Assembly: GCA_964016885.1 (NCBI GenBank)
Contig: OZ024744.1
Coordinates: forward strand, 54,126,001-54,190,000
From: Eledone cirrhosa
Taxonomy: Eukaryota
Direction: 5' to 3'
Length of the DNA: 64,000 nucleotides
The notes under the pieces were generated by a model. It saw only the letters and a list, made by a program, of their open reading frames with translations. It had not been told where the DNA came from and did no database searches. This document shows positions 1 through 13,100 of the stretch, in pieces (the stretch's first letter is position 1; each line of letters begins with the position of its first letter). A program made the position numbers and the translations under genes.

Positions 1-3000
1 TTTCGCACCGATCTTCGGCGGCTACGATGTGTACGCATCTCCCAGCCGTCCGGGATCGGGGGGAGGAGTTGCTGTGCTTTTTCGGAGAGGTTTGGATCTT
101 GCCATACGGGCCATCTTCCTGGACCCAGAAGGTAAGTTGGTGGTGCTGGACGTGACCAGCGGAGACGGGCAAGCTTTCAGGTTAGTGGCCGTCTATGCCC
201 CGACAGGAGCAGGGCGGCCTGATTTCTTCCGGCGTCTGGAGACCTTTCTTGGAACGTCCCGCTCTTTAGTGTTAGTGGGCGACTGGAACGGGATCTTAGA
301 TGCACGCTGGGATTGTGTGGGATTAGTGGATAGGGAAGGAGGGTGCAAGAGTCTCACCAACCTGCTCAGACGTTTTGAACTGTCTGACAGGTACCGAATC
401 GATTTCCCGAATGTACCAATGTGGACTTGGACAAATCGCATAGGGTCATCCAGATCATATCTAGATAGAGTATTTTGTAGGGAAATAGATAGGTCTAGCA
501 TAGGCTGTCCACAATTCAAGATAGTCAGCTACACGGACCACAAATTCGTGATCTGTGTGCTTGACTTAGATAGGCTTCATAGACGAGGACCCGGCTACTG
601 GAAGCTAAACGCGTCCTTACCAGCGCGCAAGGCCTACAGAGACCGGATTAGCGAACTAGTTAAGCGGGCGTTGACGGGGGCCATCGTCAACAACAAGTGG
701 TGGTTTGCTCTGAAAAGAACAATTAGAATAGAGTCCATTAGGTTTAGTAAGACTTTAGCAATAGAGAAAAATAGAGCAGAGGGAGAATTAGTTAGAAAAT
801 TAGATGAGGCGCTTAGCAAAGGCATCGCGACCGACGTACTTGCGGCGAAATTGGCCCTTGACCAATTCTTCAATGCAAAGCACGAAGGCTGCGTTGTCAG
901 AGCTAGGGTGCGTGCTCTCAGACACGAGGGGACGAAAGCCGTTCAATGGGCCCGAGTGGCGGAGGCGCGTCGTGGCAACAAAGCCACGATCCGGTCTTTG
1001 GTGGACCACGACGGGCGCATGCTACTCGATCCCGGGCAAATGTGTGAAGCTTTTCAGCGACACTTCGCTCAACTGTTCGGGGGCAGTGGCGGGCCGGATC
1101 GAAGGATGGACTTTAGTGTCTACCTCGACGGACTGCCGCGGCTTTCGGCCACTGAGGCGGAGTGTTGCGAAAAGCCGATAACAACCGCTGAAGTACGGGA
1201 TGCAATGACTAGTTGCACAAGGGGTAAATCGCCTGGTTTGGATGGTCTGCCCTATGAACTTTACGTACAAATGCCAAACTTGTTCGGAGGCCTCTTGGCG
1301 GACGTCTACTGCAACTGGCAACAGAACGGGAGAATTCCCAGCTCTGTGAGCCGAGGAGCGGTGGCGCTGCTGAGAAAGGATCCGAACAAGGGGGATAACA
1401 TAGATAATTTTAGGCCCATAACTCTGCTAAACACAGAGTTCAAGATTTTGGCCAAGGTGCTAGCAAAGAGGTTGGCGCTTGTCGTTGGTGGTCTGGTGGG
1501 AGAGGCACAGACATGCGCCATTCCCGACAGATCCATCCACGACAACCTCCACCTCATGCGATACATCGTAGAGAGGGTAGCTAGGGAACCTGGCACGGGT
1601 GGGTCTTTGATCAATTTAGATCAGTTGAAAGCCTTCGATAGGGTCGACCATCGTTACCTAGCGGCAGTCCTGAGGGCGGCTGGCTTTGGGCCCGTCTTCA
1701 GAGGCTGGATCGCTGCCATGCACAGCGACATCTGCTCTGTAGTGAGAGTGAACGGTCACCTTTCGGAACCGTTCAACATCATGCGCTCGGTCCGCCAAGG
1801 ATGTCCCCTCTCGTCCCTATTGTACGTATTGACTCTCGAGCCATTACTGCACAAACTGGAGACGTTGAGGGGGGTCCCGCGCGAACTAGGATGCGGAAGA
1901 TCCGTGTCAGCATATGCCGACGATGTCACCGTAGTGGTGTCGAACGCCAAACACATCGAGGCGATCGGCACTACACTAAGAGAATACGAAGCGGTGACAG
2001 GAGCAATGATCAACCAGGAAAAGTCAGTGGGCCTGCAGCTCGGCACCTGGAGAGGCAGGTCCATGCCGTCCAACAGCGTCGTCGGGCGCTGGACGGACGG
2101 ACCGGTTAAATTGCTAGGGGTCTGGTTCGGTCCAGACCTCCAGACGGACAAAAACTGGGACGAGGTGACGAGCAGGGTGGCTTCTCTCACCCAGAAATGG
2201 GCCGAGAGGAAGCTATCCCTGAAAGGTCGAGCGGAGGTGGCGAATGCGTACATCGCATCCGTCATCTACTACCGCCTGACCGTCGTACCTTGTCCTAAGC
2301 CCCGCCTGACTGCGCTGGAGCGTTTGCTCTTTCGCTTCTTGTGGAAGGGACGCGCTCCGATGGTCAGGCGGTCCATCTGCTGTCAACACCCGCTACGTGG
2401 AGGGCTGGGCATGCCGTGGCTGATGATGCGCAGACACGCGCTCAGGCTACGACATCTCCACCTCTTCCTCGACGGTGATCAGGTGCGGTCGCCGTTTGCA
2501 AGACACGTTTTTCCCCAGCTCGTCTCCTTGACGGAGCTGCAGTCCTGGGTCAAGCGAAGACCGAGAGGGAGCGCTTGGAGACTAGAATGTCTTCAGGCGC
2601 TCACAGCCCTCGACCAATCGGGCAATGTGATCGGTGGAAACTCCACCTTGGCGTTCTATAGGGGATTAGTGGAGGGGAAGAGCGACGACGTACTTGGAGA
2701 AACTCTAGGCGTCGACGAAAATCAACTAGCCAATCTTTTCGGAAGGACTTTCGGGCCGGGGCCTATGGACAACTTCCAGAAATCCCTGGCCTGGCAGTGC
2801 TACCGAGGAGCTTTGCCAGTTCGGGATAAACTCTACAGGCATGGAGGTGCCGTCAGCCGGGCATGTCCGAGATGCGCGCAGGGCGACGAAACCGTCCTGC
2901 ACGCACTCGTCCAGTGTCCGAGCATTGCTGACTTGTGGGTTTATGTCGAACACCTGCTGTCACGTGTAGGACGGATCCAGCTATCTGCTGAGTCCATCGT

Positions 3001-3522
3001 GAGGATTGCCCCGCCCCCTTCCTTTAGCCTGGAAGGGCAGGCAGTTTTTATCTGTCTGGTGGCCATGGCGAAAGAGATAGTATGGTGGACACGTTTGAAA
3101 GGGCTGAAGACGAGCACTTACCTCTTCGGTGATGCCCTGATTAACTTTTTCAAATTTCATTTGAAAAGGAAAATCAGGGTAGAGAGGGAAGTGCTCTCTT
3201 CCCAGCATTTTGTTGAAAGATGGGTGAGAGAAGCAAGTATGGCCCGAATAAATGGGCCTTCTCTGAGTATGTGTCTGTAAATTAAAGGTGGAAAACTGGG
3301 AGAGGGCACTTGCCCTGGTGGTCAGGGCCACTGTGGTCTTTTAATGGGCTTTCTCCACAAATGACCCTTGGAAGTCTCCCCCCTATTGGGGAATTTTTCT
3401 TTGTTATTTTATTTCAACCTCTGTTTTTTTTACACGCAAAAATGCCCATTTGTACCGTCCTGTATTGTCCTGTACTGTCCTTAATGTCTACTTTATGTGA
3501 ACCCTTGTGGTTAATAAAGAAA

Positions 3523-3523
<1 letters not shown>
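1..3523 (+). mobile_element. Tx1-clade (L1 group) LINE, copy A; 5' part lies outside the window
   Basis: Long APE-RT-zf ORF, short 3' UTR with AATAAA at 3513-3518, then an (ATT)n tail. Confidence 0.9.
29..3280 (+). CDS. LINE ORF2: AP endonuclease + reverse transcriptase + C-terminal zinc knuckle; uninterrupted, true start upstream of window
   Basis: APE motifs (VYAP, GDWN, YLDRVF, TDH); RT motifs (KSPGLDG, FRPITLLN, KAFDRV, RQGCPLS, YADD); CPRC..ETVLHALVQC. Confidence 0.93.
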   Translation: MYASPSRPGSGGGVAVLFRRGLDLAIRAIFLDPEGKLVVLDVTSGDGQAFRLVAVYAPTGAGRPDFFRRLETFLGTSRSLVLVGDWNGILDARWDCVGLVDREGGCKSLTNLLRRFELSDRYRIDFPNVPMWTWTNRIGSSRSYLDRVFCREIDRSSIGCPQFKIVSYTDHKFVICVLDLDRLHRRGPGYWKLNASLPARKAYRDRISELVKRALTGAIVNNKWWFALKRTIRIESIRFSKTLAIEKNRAEGELVRKLDEALSKGIATDVLAAKLALDQFFNAKHEGCVVRARVRALRHEGTKAVQWARVAEARRGNKATIRSLVDHDGRMLLDPGQMCEAFQRHFAQLFGGSGGPDRRMDFSVYLDGLPRLSATEAECCEKPITTAEVRDAMTSCTRGKSPGLDGLPYELYVQMPNLFGGLLADVYCNWQQNGRIPSSVSRGAVALLRKDPNKGDNIDNFRPITLLNTEFKILAKVLAKRLALVVGGLVGEAQTCAIPDRSIHDNLHLMRYIVERVAREPGTGGSLINLDQLKAFDRVDHRYLAAVLRAAGFGPVFRGWIAAMHSDICSVVRVNGHLSEPFNIMRSVRQGCPLSSLLYVLTLEPLLHKLETLRGVPRELGCGRSVSAYADDVTVVVSNAKHIEAIGTTLREYEAVTGAMINQEKSVGLQLGTWRGRSMPSNSVVGRWTDGPVKLLGVWFGPDLQTDKNWDEVTSRVASLTQKWAERKLSLKGRAEVANAYIASVIYYRLTVVPCPKPRLTALERLLFRFLWKGRAPMVRRSICCQHPLRGGLGMPWLMMRRHALRLRHLHLFLDGDQVRSPFARHVFPQLVSLTELQSWVKRRPRGSAWRLECLQALTALDQSGNVIGGNSTLAFYRGLVEGKSDDVLGETLGVDENQLANLFGRTFGPGPMDNFQKSLAWQCYRGALPVRDKLYRHGGAVSRACPRCAQGDETVLHALVQCPSIADLWVYVEHLLSRVGRIQLSAESIVRIAPPPSFSLEGQAVFICLVAMAKEIVWWTRLKGLKTSTYLFGDALINFFKFHLKRKIRVEREVLSSQHFVERWVREASMARINGPSLSMCL

Positions 3524-3571
<48 letters not shown>
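3524..3571. repeat. (ATT)n microsatellite shared by the Tx1 tail and the Dong 3' end
   Basis: About 16 ATT units read directly. Confidence 0.97.
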
Positions 3572-6500
3572 GTTCTTTGAGTCTCAGTCATTGATGTTAA
3601 TTAACTGGAACGTTCGTTGAAATGAATATCAAACCACTACCTGCAGCCTCAGATATTCAGGACATATTGGAGGGTTCTTGCTGTTCCCAGCAAGCATGCC
3701 TTTTGAAGTGTTCCAAAAAGCGGGGCGGGGTCAATTTTCTTTAACCTTCCCTGGAAACTTTTTGAGATAGTACCTAGTGCGCCTATGACAATCGGGACCA
3801 CTTTGGCAGTTCCAAATCCTTTTTACCTTCCGCTTTAAATCCTGGTATCGGTTTGTTTTTCTCCCTCTCCTTCTCTTGCACTCTCGTGTCGAATGTGCAG
3901 GCCACATCAACAATCAGACACGATCTTTTTTCCTTGTCCAAAATCACCAGGTCAGGTCTATTGTGTTCCAATTTCTTGTCCGCCTGTATCCTAAAATCCC
4001 ACAATACCTCCACCTGATCGTTTTCTATCACCGACTCTGGCTTATGCTCATACCACTTCTCAGAATGTGGTAAATTGTTTACTTTGCATAGGTGCCAGTG
4101 GATCACCCTGCCCATCACATCATGTCTCCAGCCTTTATAGTGAGTCTGGGCTAGGGGTTTACACTCGGATACAATGTGAGCCACTGTCTCCTCTCTCTTT
4201 CCACAGATCCTGCACAGTGGGCTAGCCTCCTCCTTGTAAATATGGTGTTTCAGCCACTTCGTTTTGCGGGCTTGCTCTTGCGCAGCCATTAGCATTCCTT
4301 CTGTAGTCTTTTTAAGGTTTTCAACCAGTTCCATGTCTGTGGATCTCTGAATTCAGTTTTCGCAAAAAGGTACTAGGATTTTTCATGAAGGTTGCTCTTC
4401 CTCCTTGTTATTTCCTCCTTTGGCATCCCCTGGTCTATTGTCCTCTCCTTCAGTACAATTCTGAGCATTGGCTCCCTACTATCAGTCACGTATTTGTGTA
4501 GGTTGTTTTTCTCCATCTGAACACAGTCCTCTATGCTGATAAGACCCCTTCCACCTTCAGATCTCCTTAAGTAGAGTCTATCGACATCACTCCTCTTGTG
4601 GAACATGTTGTAGATAGTCAATAGATTCCTAGTCTTCCTATCCATTTATTTTTGTTCAGCAACATTCCATCTCAGAATTCCCGCACTGTACCTAATAATA
4701 GACACTGCTCGGGAATTTACTGCACTTATGGCATTCCTACTGTTCAGATGTGACTTCAATACGCTCCTTACTCTCCGAATGTATTCAGATCTTATCAATT
4801 ACTTCATTTTTTTGTTCTTGATATCATCAGCCTCCAGAACACCCAAATACTTGTATCCTACTTCAGTGTCAATTTCCTTTATCATCTCACCTGTTGGTAC
4901 CTGGATTCCGTTGCTTCTGCTCAATTTACCCCTCTTCATCACAAGGACTCCACACTTACTAATACCAAATTGCATACATATATCATTGCTGAAAATACGG
5001 ACAGTGTCAACAAGCACATGCAACTCCTTCTCACTCTTCCCGAAGAGCTTAAGATCGTCCACGAAGAGGAGGTGATTGATGTAAGCTCTCCCTTTCCCAA
5101 CTTGTATCCTGCTCTCACTTTTTGCAGTATAATGGTCAGGGGCATCAGGGCAAGGACAAACAACAGAGGGGACAGACTATCTCCCTGGAAGATACCTCTC
5201 TTTATCTTCACGCCTCCCAAGGATTATCCAGCTGATGTTAACTCTGTTTTCCAGGACTTCATATTTTTGCCCAACAACTGTCTGATGTTATCTGCCACCC
5301 TGAAGATCTCTAGGCTTTTGGTGATCCAAGAATGAGGCACCATGTCAAATGCCTTTTTGTAGTCTATCCATCCCATGGCAAGACCAGTGTGTCTCCTCTT
5401 GTAATTCCTCATTACCATCTTATCAATAAGTAACTGGTCCTTTGTACCACGGGACTTCTTTCGGCATCCTTTCTGTTCGTCCGGTAACAAGTTGTTTGTG
5501 TGGAGGTGATGGTAGATTTCCTCAGACACAATGCTTGTCAACAGTTTCCACATTACGGACAGACATGTGATAGGTCTATAGTTGGTAACATCATTACCCT
5601 TGATTCGGTCTTTCATTTCCAGAACTGTGGCACCTTTCGTCAACCACTCTGGTACTTCACACGACATCAAGCAGTCATTGAACATGGTTGTCAGTTTCGG
5701 GTGGAGGGATGTTATATTTTTAATCCAATACCCCTGCACACCATCTGGGCCTGGTGATTTCCAGTTGGTTAGTTTTTTAGGCCTGCCCCTTAAGAGTTTC
5801 AACTGTGATACTCAAATCAGTTTGTTGGTGTGTCTGTTCACTAATCTCCTTTTGTACTGTCTCAATCCACACTGCCTGGTCATTATGTTTAAAATCCTGT
5901 CCCCATATTCCTTTCCAGAATATCTCAGTTTGTTCCGCCTCAGGGATCATGTCGTTGCCTCTTTCTTTCCCTTCAAGCTGTCCAAACAACATCTTCTGGT
6001 TGTTGTCAAACATTCGGTTCTGTCTATACTGACTGATTCTGCTCTTCTATCGCCTAATTTATGCACTCTTTGCTACAATGCCTTGCTTCAGTTCCTCTAT
6101 GATAATATTTAGATTTTTCCTCCTAGTTTTGTACTTCATTTCCAGTCTATATTTAGTGTATATGTTACTTTAGTGTCCCATTCAGTAGGGACTCAAGCTA
6201 GCCAATGTCATTTCTCATTTCCCTGATTTGACCATTCAGTCGTTTCTTCTACCAAGTTTCTGATCTTTCTTGTTTGTTGTTTCCTCTCGCTTTTATTCCA
6301 AGTAATTTCCTCACCGCATTTGCTGTTGCTTTGAGGATATTGTTACACTGGTGAACTCTCCTGGCCTCAAGGTATGGGATGACTTTGTTTACCTTACCTG
6401 TTGTTTCTTTTTAACTTTTTCTTATCTACAAATCTTAGGTTCATATGTTTCCCACTATCATTGTTCATTTCAACTACCACTAAGTTTAGGATATCAACCA

Positions 6501-8374
6501 AATCTTGTCCTAGCCCGTCAGCATTCTTTCCCTCAATGGTCGTATCTTTGTTCCAGGTATTATTTATTTCAGCATTGGGCGGTGGATTGGCAGTATCGGT
6601 AGAGGGTCGGACGCCATGCTTTCCAGCATAGTTACGTCCCTTTACGATCTGAGTTCAAATCCCGCCGAGGTTGACTTTGCCTTTCATCCTTACGGGGTCG
6701 TTAAAATAAAGTACCAGTAATGCACTGGCTAATTGCTGGCCTTGTGCCTAAAATAGAAACAATTATTTATTTAAGCATTCAGATCATTGTCTGCTTCGGA
6801 TGGTTCCTCCGTTCTCTCAACCTCTTCACCTTCATTTCCCACTGGCTCGTTTGCCTGGCATACTACACCCGCCATCTCCAAGCCATTCTCTCTGCTCAGT
6901 TCCTCCAGTTCCAGCTCGCTTATCCACCCATTAGTTCTTATTACCCGACCCTGCCCGGGAAATTTTTATTCATCTAATTTAAATAGACCAATCTCGTTCC
7001 AGATGTTATGCATCCGTTTCCTATAGCCTTTTTCCTTGGGGTTACTCTTCAGGTAACATTGCATAACTGCTCTATTCAATTCTTTCGTCCAGTTGGTTCT
7101 GGTCCCTTTCCTTCTTCCTCTTCCTCCAACACCAGCAGTATTTGGTTGACAGCCAGGTCCCTGCTGCTGGGCCAGGGAGCACCTGCTGGGTGAGAGTCTG
7201 TCACATGACATTCCAGTCTCCACTGCACCGTTATTCGAACTGTTTAGGTTCGACATTTAAGCACTCATATCGAGGATTGGTGAATGTATGGTTACATAAC
7301 TACCGGTAATTTCATCACACCCAGTGATTTCATCACCCCCCGGTGATTTTAGCGTGGCATCGTCACGCTGTAGACGAACATAAATAAACAAACAAACAAA
7401 TAGATAAAAGCCTATTAAAAAAAACAAAAAACAAACACGTTTCATTGTAATGTTTGAATATCTGACTTAGCTTTTCTTTCCTTTTTCTCTCTCCCTTTTT
7501 TGTTTGTTTTTCTCCTTTGCGTTTTTCGTTTTACAAAGCCAGTAACATCGGTTAGTAGTGTTGCTGTTGCTGCTGCTGCTAAGGGAAGTAGGGGTTGTTG
7601 TGTTCAAAACCTTTGAAACCCGTGTCCGTTGTTGTGTTTGCTTCTGTCTGTGTTCTGTTCTATAATTTTTCGACTATAATTTTTTCTATAATTTTTTTCC
7701 CTTTCATCCCTACGTGGCCGACTCCACAAAGCACCTGCAACACCCCGGGACAATTGCTGGCCCCGTTCCAAAAGCAGAAGCACTTATTATTATTATATTA
7801 TAGTTTAGATTTGACATTGTTTAAACTAAACATGTTGAGAGAGTTTAGAGATATAACAACATAATTATTTTGGTGTTGTTGTTGTTGTTAGCTGTTTGAC
7901 CGAGTCACTAAGCCAGTGTATTTATATCTTTTGATACCGTCATCGCTTCCCTTCATGCATAGCGGCATCACCACCCCTCTCTCAAGCAGTGAGGGAACAG
8001 TGGTGGCAGCGATGATGCAGCGGCGGCGGTGGTGATGGGACAGCAGCACCATAGGGATGGTGCTGGTCTGTATTTGGCTAGATTTTTTGTGGTAGTGGTG
8101 ATGGTGGCGGCGGCGGTGGTGCTGGTGCTGGTGGTGAAGTTATTTGGCTGTTATTTTCTAGCCATTTTCTTTTCTGACTATAAGATTTCTGGTACAAAAT
8201 TAAATATTACATATTTGAGCCCTATGCCACAATGTGATGCGTTGTCACTTCCTGAGAGTTACGTTTCATTTGTAATAAGAATTATTCTATCACAATTGTT
8301 TTAAATATGTAAAAATTCAAAAACATACGGGAGCGATTCCATAATACCCTATCCACCATGTGCGTATCTTCCCT
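3572..8374 (-). mobile_element. Dong/R4-clade RLE non-LTR retrotransposon, copy A; near full length, ORF disrupted
   Basis: ORF pieces: NWKSPGPDGVQGYWIK, YRPITCL, GIFQGDSLSPLLF, MDDLKL, CRICG..ETVAHIVSEC..RHD, HNRPDLV..VDVAC. About 1.1-kb 5' UTR whose distal end matches copy B and ends in TTATTATT. Confidence 0.88.
6577..6761 (+). mobile_element. tRNA-derived SINE with Deu/Nin-like central domain, inserted in Dong A
   Basis: A-box-like TGGCAGTATCGG, B-box GAGTTCAAATCCC, CTTTCATCCTTACGGGGTCG core; 18-bp TSD 6559-6576/6762-6779 (1 mismatch); absent from Dong B. Confidence 0.92.
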
Positions 8375-8383
8375 TATTATTAA

Positions 8384-10169
8384 GCCAGGGTTGTCCCCTC
8401 TCGTCCCTCTTGTACGTATTGGCTCTCGAGCCGTTACTGCACAAACTGGGGGCGATGAGGGGCGTCCCACGCTAACTAGGATGCGGGAAATCCGAGTTGG
8501 CTTACGCTGACGACGTCACCGTGGTGGTGTCGAGGACCAGACACGTCCAGATGCTCGACACCGCTCTCAAGGAATACGAAGCGGTGACAGGAGCAAAGAT
8601 AAACCAGGAAAAGTCGGTGGGCTTGCAGCTCGGCACCTGGAGGGGCAAGTTCATGCCGTCCGACAGCGTCGTGGGGCGTTAGACGGACGGACCGGTTAAA
8701 TTGCTAGGGGTCTGGTTCGGTCCGGACCTCCAGAACGGACAAAAACTGGGACGAGGAGGCGAGCAGGGTGGCATATCTCACCCAGTAATGGGCCGAGATC
8801 AAGCTGTCCCTGAAAGGCCGGGCGGACGTTGCCAATGCGTACATCGCATCCGTCATCTGCTACCGCCTCACCGTCGTCCCTTGCTCCAGCCCAACTCTCA
8901 CCACAATGGAGCGCCTCCTCTTCCGCTTTTTGTGGAAGGGACGCGCTCCTATGGTCAGACGATCCATCTGCTGTCAACGCCCGTTGCGTGGAGGACTGGG
9001 CATGCCATGGCTGATGATGCGCAAACATGTGCTGAGAATGCGACATCTCTGTTGCTTCCTTGATGGTGAACAGGTGTGGTCGCCGTTCGCCAGGCACGTT
9101 TTCCCACAGTTCGTCTCCTTGACGGAGCTGCAGTCCTGGGTCAAAAAAAGACCGAGGGATAGCGCTTGGAAACTGGAATGTCTCCAGGCGCTCACTGCAC
9201 TCTGCCAGCTGGGCACCAGTATCGGTGGAACAGCTACCTTAGCGTTCTATAGAGGACTAGTGGAGGGGAAGAGCGACGACATTCTCGGAGAGATCCTGGG
9301 CGTCGAAGAAGATCAGCTGTTTGCTCTCTTCCGGAGAACTTTCAGCCCGGGGCCTATGGATATCTTCCAAAAATCCCTGGCCTGGCAGTGCTACCGGGGA
9401 GCGCTGCCTGTTCGAGATAAGCTCTACAGGCAAGGAAGTGCCATCGGCCGAGCCTGTCCGAGATGCGCGCAGAGCGACGAAACCGTCGCGCACACACTCG
9501 TTCAGTGCCCGAGCATTGCTGACTTGTGGAGCTATGTCGAACAATTGCTGTCGCGTGTAGGACTGATCAGGTTGTCGACTGAGTCCATTGTGCAGATGGT
9601 CTCGCCGTCTTCCTTCGAGGAGGAAGAGCAGGCAGTTTTCATCTGCCTGGTGGCCATGGCGAAAGAGATTGTGTGGTGGACAAGGTTGAAAGGGTTAAAG
9701 ACAGATATTTTCCTCTTCGGCGAATCCATAATTAACTTTTTCAAGTTTCACTTGAAGAGGAAAATCAGAGTGGAGATGCAAGTGCTGCCTTCTAGCAAGT
9801 TTGTTGAAAGGTGGCTGAATGTAGCGAGAATGGTCCGAGTAAACTGGACCATTCTGAATATACGTCTGTAGTTTGAGAAATGGAAATATTGAGAGAGGGC
9901 GCTTGCCCTGGTGGTCAGGGAGGCCGTGGTCTTTTGTGTGGTTTTCACCACTAGTAACCCTCGGAGGTTTCCCCCTATTGGGAATTTTTCATTGTTTCAA
10001 TTTTCATTTTTATTGTTTATATATATGTATGTATGTCCTTTTTTTCCTTTTCTTATATAAATAATAAAAATATTTACATGCACAAAACCCACATCGTCCC
10101 GTCCTGTACCGTCCTGTGCCGTCTGTAATGTTTTTCTTGATATCAGCCCTCGTGGTTAATAAAGAAATC
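8384..10169 (+). mobile_element. Tx1-clade LINE, copy B; 5'-truncated at the QGCPLS motif, with stops and frameshifts
   Basis: Collinear with 1793-3523; ORFs 8497-8682 (YADD) and 8906-9871; AATAAA at 10158, (ATT)n at 10170-10193. Confidence 0.92.
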
Positions 10170-10193
10170 ATTATTATTATTATTATCATTATT

Positions 10194-13100
10194 CCTTGAA
10201 TCTCAGTCATTGATGTTAGTTAACTGGAAAGTCCGTTGGAATGAATATCAAGCCACACCCTGCAGCCTCAGATATTCAGGACGTATCGGAGGGTTCTTGC
10301 TGTTCCCAGCAAGCATGCCTTTTGAAGCGTTCCAAAAAGCGTGAAGGGGTCGATTTTCTTTAACCATCCCTGGAAACTTTTGGAGATAGTCCCCAGTGCG
10401 CCTATGACAATCGGGATCACATTGACTTCATGGCAGTTCCAAATCCTTTTTACCTCCCACTTTAAGTGCTAGTATCGGTTAATTTTCTCCCTCTCATTCT
10501 CTTGCACTCTCGTGTCGAATGGGCAGGCCACATCCACAATCAGGCACGATCTTTTTTCTTTGTCCAAAACCACCAGGTCAGGTCTATTGTGTTCCAGTTT
10601 CTTGTCCGTCTGTATCCTAAAATCCCACAGCACCTTCACCTGATCGTTTTCCATTACCGCCTCTGGCTTATGCTCATACCATTTCTCAGAATGTGGTAAA
10701 TTGTTTACTTTGCACAGGTGCCAGTGGATCACCCTGCCCATCACATCATGTCTCCAGCCCTTATAGTGGGTCTGGGCTAGGTGTTTACACTCGGATACAA
10801 TGTGAGCCACAGTCTCCTCTCTCTCTCCACAGATCCTGCACAGTGGGCTAGCCTCCTCCTTGTAAATATGGTGTTTCAACCACTTCGTTTTGAGGGCCTG
10901 CTCCTGCGCAGCCATTAACGTTCCTTCTGTAGCCTTTTTAAGGTCTCCTCTTCTCAACCAGTTCCATGTCTGTGGATCTCTAAATTCAGTTTTCTCAAAG
11001 AAGATACTATGAAGGGATTTTTCCTGAAGGCTGCTCATTCTCCTTGATGTTATTTCCTCCTTGGACATCACCTGGCCTAGTGTCCCCTCCTTCAGTACAG
11101 TTCTGAGCATTGGCTCCTTACTATCAGTCACGTATTTGTGTAGGTTGTTTTTCTCTATCTGAACACAGTCCTCTATGCTGATAAGACCTCTTCCACCCTC
11201 AGATCTCCTTAGGTAGAGTCTATCGACATCACTCCTCTTGTGGAACATGTTGTAGATAGTCAATAGCTTCCTAGTCTTCCTATCCATTTCTTTTTGTTCA
11301 GCAACATTCCATCTCAGAATTCCCGCACTGTACCTAATAATAGACACAGCTCGGGAATTTACTGCGCTTATGGCATTTCTGCTGTTCAGATGTGACTTCA
11401 ATACGCTCCTTACTCTCCGAATGTATTCAGTTCTTAACAATTCCTTCATTTTTTTGTTCTTTATGCCATCAGCCTCCAGAACGCCCAAATACTTGTATCC
11501 TACCTCAGATTCAATTTCCTTTATCATCTCACCTGTTGGTATCTGGATTCCGTTACTTCTGCTCAACCTACCCTCCTCATCACAATGACTGCACACTTAC
11601 TAATACCAAACTGCATACATATATCATTACTAAAAATACGGACAGTGTCAACAAGCACATCCAACTCCTTCTCACTCTTCTCGAAGAGCTTAAGATCGTC
11701 CATGAAGATGAGGTGATTGATGGTAAGCCCTCCCTTTCCCAACCCGTATCCTGCTCTCACTTTTCGCAGTACACTGGTCAGGGGCATCAGGGCAAGGACA
11801 AACAACAGAGGGGACAGGCTATCTCCCTGGAAGATACCTTTCTTGATATTCACGCTTCCCAAGGATTATCCAGTTGATGTCAACTCTGTTTCCCAGGACC
11901 TCATACTCCTGCCCAGCAACTGTCTGATGTTATCTGCCACCTTGAAGATCTCCAGGCTTTTGGTGATCCAAGAATGAGGCACCATGTCAAATGCCTTTCT
12001 GTAGTCTATCCATCCCATGGCAAGATCAGTGTGTCTCCTCCTGCAATTCCCCATTACCATCTTATCAATAAGTAACTGGTCCTTTGTACCACGTGACTTC
12101 ATTCGGCATCCTTTCTGTTCGTCGGTAACAAGTTGTTTGTGTGGAGGTGATGGTAGATTTCCTCAGACACAATGCTCGTCAACAGTTTCCAGATTACGGA
12201 CAGACATGTGATAGGTCTATAGTTGGTAACATCATTACCCTTGATTCGGTCTTTCATTATCAGAACTGTGGTACCTTTTGTCCACCACTCTGGTACCTCA
12301 CCTGACATCAAGCAGTCATTGAACATGGTTGTCTGTTTCGGGTGGAGGGATGTTATATTTTTAATCCAATACCCCTGCACACCATCTGGGCCTGGTGATT
12401 TCCAGTTGGTTAGTTTTTTAGGCCTGCCCCTTAAGAGTTTCAACTGTGATACTCAAATCAGTTTGTTGGTGTGCCTGTTCACTAATCTCCCTCTGTACTG
12501 TCTCAATCCACCCTGCCTGGTCATTATGTCTAACATCCTGCTCCCATATTCCTCTCCAGAATGTTTTAGTTTGTTCTGCCTCAGGGATCAAGTCGTTACC
12601 TCTTTCTTTCCCCTCAAGCTGTCCAAACAACATCTTCTGGTTGTTGTCGAACATGCGGTTCTGTTTATACTGACTGACTCTGTTCTCGTATCGCCTGATT
12701 CATGCACTCTTTACTACAATGCATTGTTTCAGTTCCTCTATGATAATATTTAGATTTTTCCTCCTAGTTTTGTACTTTATTTCCAGTCTATTTTTAGTGC
12801 CTATGTTTTTTAGTGTCCCATTCAGTAGTGACTCAAGCTTTCCAATGTCATTTCTCATTTCCCTGATTTGACCACTCAGTCGTTTCTTCCACCAAGGCTC
12901 TGCTCTTTCTTGTCTGTTGTTTCCTCTCGCTTTTATACCAAGTAGTTTCCTCACCGTATTTGCTGTTGCTTTGAGGATATTGTTGCACTGGTGAAGGCTC
13001 CTCGCCTCAAGGTATGGGATGACTTTGTTTACCTTAGCTGTTGTTTCTTTTAACTTTTTCCTGTCTACAAATCTTAGGTTCATAGGTCTCCCACTATCAT

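Noticed and set aside
6577-6670. tRNA gene
   Set aside because: Only A/B-box remnants of a SINE head; no complete cloverleaf
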